A stretch of 64,000 nt of DNA from Pontiella sp. (GTDB taxonomy: Bacteria > Verrucomicrobiota > Kiritimatiellia > Kiritimatiellales > Pontiellaceae). Below, piece after piece: positions 61,813 to 64,000 of this stretch (position 1 is its first letter; every line of letters begins with the position of its first letter). The notes beneath the pieces are model-generated. The model saw only the letters and a program-made list of their open reading frames with translations. It ran no database searches and was not told the origin of the DNA. Location: positions 610,713-674,712 of the forward strand of contig JBNKHE010000001.1 of assembly GCA_050290185.1 (NCBI GenBank), given 5' to 3'. A program made the position numbers and the translations under genes.

Positions 61813-62247
61813 TTAGTTGGTTTTGATTTCAATGCGTTTCGGTTTGGTGGCCTCGTGACGCGGCAGCGTGATGGTCAACACGCCGTTTTCGTATTTGGCC
61901 GTCACCTTGTCGTTCTCGATCGCATACGGAAGACGGACGGTCCGCACAAACTTGCCGGTTTCGCGTTCGGAACGATGGCACACGGCGTTCTCGGCCGGCT
62001 TTTCGGCTTTGCGCTCGCCCTTGATCGTGAGCTGGTTGTTAACCACATTGATATCGAGGTCATCAGCTTCCAGTCCGGGAAGCTCCGCCGTTACGATCAC
62101 GTTTTCCGAATTGCCCCACACATTAAGTGCCGGGAAGCGGGACATTGAAGTTCCGCCTTCGTAACCGTCGAACAGACGGTTCATTTCCCGCTGCAAAGAA
62201 CGCAGTTCCGCAAACGGGCTCCATGCTCTGTCATTGTTCCAATACAT
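61813..62247 (-). CDS. Hsp20/alpha-crystallin family protein
   Basis: LQREMNRLF..FPALNVW..AELPG..GKF.R...LP...A.Y.NGVL; start ATG 62247 (SD AAGGAG). Confidence 0.93.
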   Translation of the reverse strand: MYWNNDRAWSPFAELRSLQREMNRLFDGYEGGTSMSRFPALNVWGNSENVIVTAELPGLEADDLDINVVNNQLTIKGERKAEKPAENAVCHRSERETGKFVRTVRLPYAIENDKVTAKYENGVLTITLPRHEATKPKRIEIKTN

Positions 62248-62320
62248 GTTCTGCACTCCTTTCATTTCTGCTCCCGCACCCGTTGCGGAAGCGTGTAGAT
62301 CATGTTCACAACTGCCCATA

Positions 62321-62336
62321 TACAAAAAATGTGCCA
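62321..62336 (-). promoter_or_regulatory. sigma54-like promoter for Hsp20 operon
   Basis: TGGCACA-TTTT-TTGTA. Confidence 0.5.
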
Positions 62337-62586
62337 ACCGTAGCGGAGGGCATATTCCCTTTATTTTCCTAGGTTTCAGCGGGCTCAAGGTGTGGGAAAA
62401 TCGCGAAAAAACGACACACCCCAAGTCACATCTGTGCCAATTTTATCCAGACATGTTGCGCGTACTCAACGGGTACCGGGTCCAGCATCCCTCCAATTCA
62501 GCCCATCCTGTAATTCCTATTAAAAACACCTTCGTATTCTCTGCGCCCTCTGTGGTAAACAAGCCCGCATTAAACGGAGTTGCTTT

Positions 62587-62889
62587 ATGGAACGGGAAAA
62601 CAGAATTACGATTGAATACTGCTCAAAGTGCAAATTCATGATGCGCTCTGCGTGGATCGCGCAGGAACTGTTGCAAACCTTCGAAGGGGATGTCGACGAA
62701 GCCGTACTGAAGCCCAGCGAAGTGGCAGGCATCTGGCGCATCCATGCCAACGGTCAGCAGGTTTGGGACCGCAAAACCGAACGAGGCCTCCCTGAACTGA
62801 AGGACCTGAAACGCCGCGTGCGCGACATCATTGCCCCCGACAAGGATCTCGGCCACGCCGAAACCGTGGAGCCCAAGCCAGAGGCATAA
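62587..62889 (+). CDS. SelT/SelW/SelH (Rdx) family protein, CxxC form
   Basis: I.IEYCSKC....RSAW.AQELL.TF....WDRK...G.PE...LK..VRD.I.P...LGH. Confidence 0.9.
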   Translation: MERENRITIEYCSKCKFMMRSAWIAQELLQTFEGDVDEAVLKPSEVAGIWRIHANGQQVWDRKTERGLPELKDLKRRVRDIIAPDKDLGHAETVEPKPEA

Positions 62890-62929
62890 AACCAAATCAT
62901 GCCCGAACAAAACACGGAGACGCAAAGCC

Positions 62930-63196
62930 ATGGATAAACAAACCCCGATATTGATCGTGCTGGCCGTTGCCCTGGCCGTTCACTACATCGGCCAGAAACA
63001 ATTGCTGGCTTCGGGCTGGAAGGCGGAAAACGCCAAGCCGCAGATCAAGCGTCTGCTGATCAACGGAACAACGCTGCTGGTTTTTTCCATCTTCGCGCTG
63101 GTTGCCGCAACGGCGCCGTATGGCCTTTTCGGCATCCTGCTTTTCATCGAGGCCGCCGTCTGCTTTGCCTTCGCCCGCAAGCTCTCCAGAAAGTAG
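62930..63196 (+). CDS. Small hypothetical membrane protein (3 hydrophobic segments)
   Basis: ATG with upstream GGAG, hydrophobic stretches. Confidence 0.6.
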   Translation: MDKQTPILIVLAVALAVHYIGQKQLLASGWKAENAKPQIKRLLINGTTLLVFSIFALVAATAPYGLFGILLFIEAAVCFAFARKLSRK

Positions 63197-63242
63197 ATAA
63201 CCACGAAATCCAGAATGCCATTGGGTTTCATGTAGTTCGTGG

Positions 63243-63977
63243 TTATAACATTTCGCTGACGGATTCCATGATAGCACAAAGATCGTCGTGGATGACGAGC
63301 TGCGCTTCGGAATCAAGCGGCGTGGGATCGTGATTGATGATGGCCATTCTGGCGTTCCACGGTCGATAACCGGGCAGGCCGGAGGCAGGATAAACGACCA
63401 GCGAAGAGCCAAGCACCAGCAGCAGATCGCAACGGCTGATGGCATCCACTGATGCATTCCAGTCATACTCCGGGAGCATTTCCCCGAAAAAAGTAATGTC
63501 CGGCTTGTAGACACCCCCGCATATGCAACGCGGAATTTCACCTTGATCGATCAACGGATAGAGCGTTGCGGTTTCTATCTGATCGCCGCATTTCAGACAG
63601 CTGCTATGGATATGGTTTCCGTGCACCGTATAAACCGGAGACGAGCCCGCCCGCTGATGATAGTCATCCACGTTCTGGGTCACTACGATGACATCCTTGC
63701 CGCGATGCTGCCATTCTGCCAGTGCACAATGCGCCGCATTAGGTTGGGCATCACGCACCTGCGGATAAAATTTGCGGGCGAAGGCATAGAAGATCGATGG
63801 ATTGCGGATGAAGGCATTCATATCGAAGACGTTCACGTTTTGGCTGTTTGAATAGATGCCGCTGGCCGAGCGAAAGTCGGGAATGCCCGACCCGGTCGAA
63901 ATCCCCGCACCCGTCAGCGCCACGATCCGATCCGCCGACTCCACCCATTCCGCAAGCTGATGTATCGAATGATTCAT
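63243..63977 (-). CDS. cobB: NAD-dependent protein deacylase (sirtuin)
   Basis: TGAGISTGSGIPDFRS, TQNVD..H..AG, HG, CxxC..CxC, KPDITFFGE, GSSL.VYPA. Confidence 0.95.
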   Translation of the reverse strand: MNHSIHQLAEWVESADRIVALTGAGISTGSGIPDFRSASGIYSNSQNVNVFDMNAFIRNPSIFYAFARKFYPQVRDAQPNAAHCALAEWQHRGKDVIVVTQNVDDYHQRAGSSPVYTVHGNHIHSSCLKCGDQIETATLYPLIDQGEIPRCICGGVYKPDITFFGEMLPEYDWNASVDAISRCDLLLVLGSSLVVYPASGLPGYRPWNARMAIINHDPTPLDSEAQLVIHDDLCAIMESVSEML

Positions 63978-64000
63978 AACCACCAAGACACGAAGAGCAC

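Noticed and set aside
62587..62889. Selenoprotein recoding in the Rdx-family gene
   Set aside because: Motif is CSKC with ordinary TGC codons; no in-frame TGA

Overview
Bacterial chromosomal window. PEP-CTERM proteins, TIGR02999-type ECF sigma/Ser-Thr kinase pairs and gene order suggest the PVC superphylum, probably Kiritimatiellota/Verrucomicrobiota (inference). Layout: (1) rpmA (partial), rplU and tRNA-Ala(GGC); (2) a ~38 kb arabinose/xylose-glycan utilisation region (965-39023) with GH27, 2x GH51, 2x GH31, GH3, 4x GH43-like, a LacI regulator, two PEP-CTERM proteins, several secreted LamG/unknown-domain proteins sharing a ~70-aa terminal domain, and two ECF sigma + membrane Ser/Thr kinase pairs, but no SusC/D, TonB receptor or sulfatase; (3) thrS-infC, three autotransporters around pyrG, smpB and rpoZ; (4) a heat-shock region: dnaK-groES-groEL, an HPF/RaiA-like gene, an orphaned histidine kinase behind a response-regulator remnant, three Hsp20 genes, an Rdx-family gene and cobB. 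Best candidate novel system: a glycan-utilisation locus controlled by kinase-activated ECF sigma factors, with a conserved ~160-bp upstream element, a candidate C-terminal sorting domain and a TN-dipeptide bias in exported proteins. Other leads are a structured RNA leader upstream of the HPF-like gene and heptamer-armed inverted elements in the heat-shock intergenic spaces. All family assignments are from recalled motifs; no searches were run.
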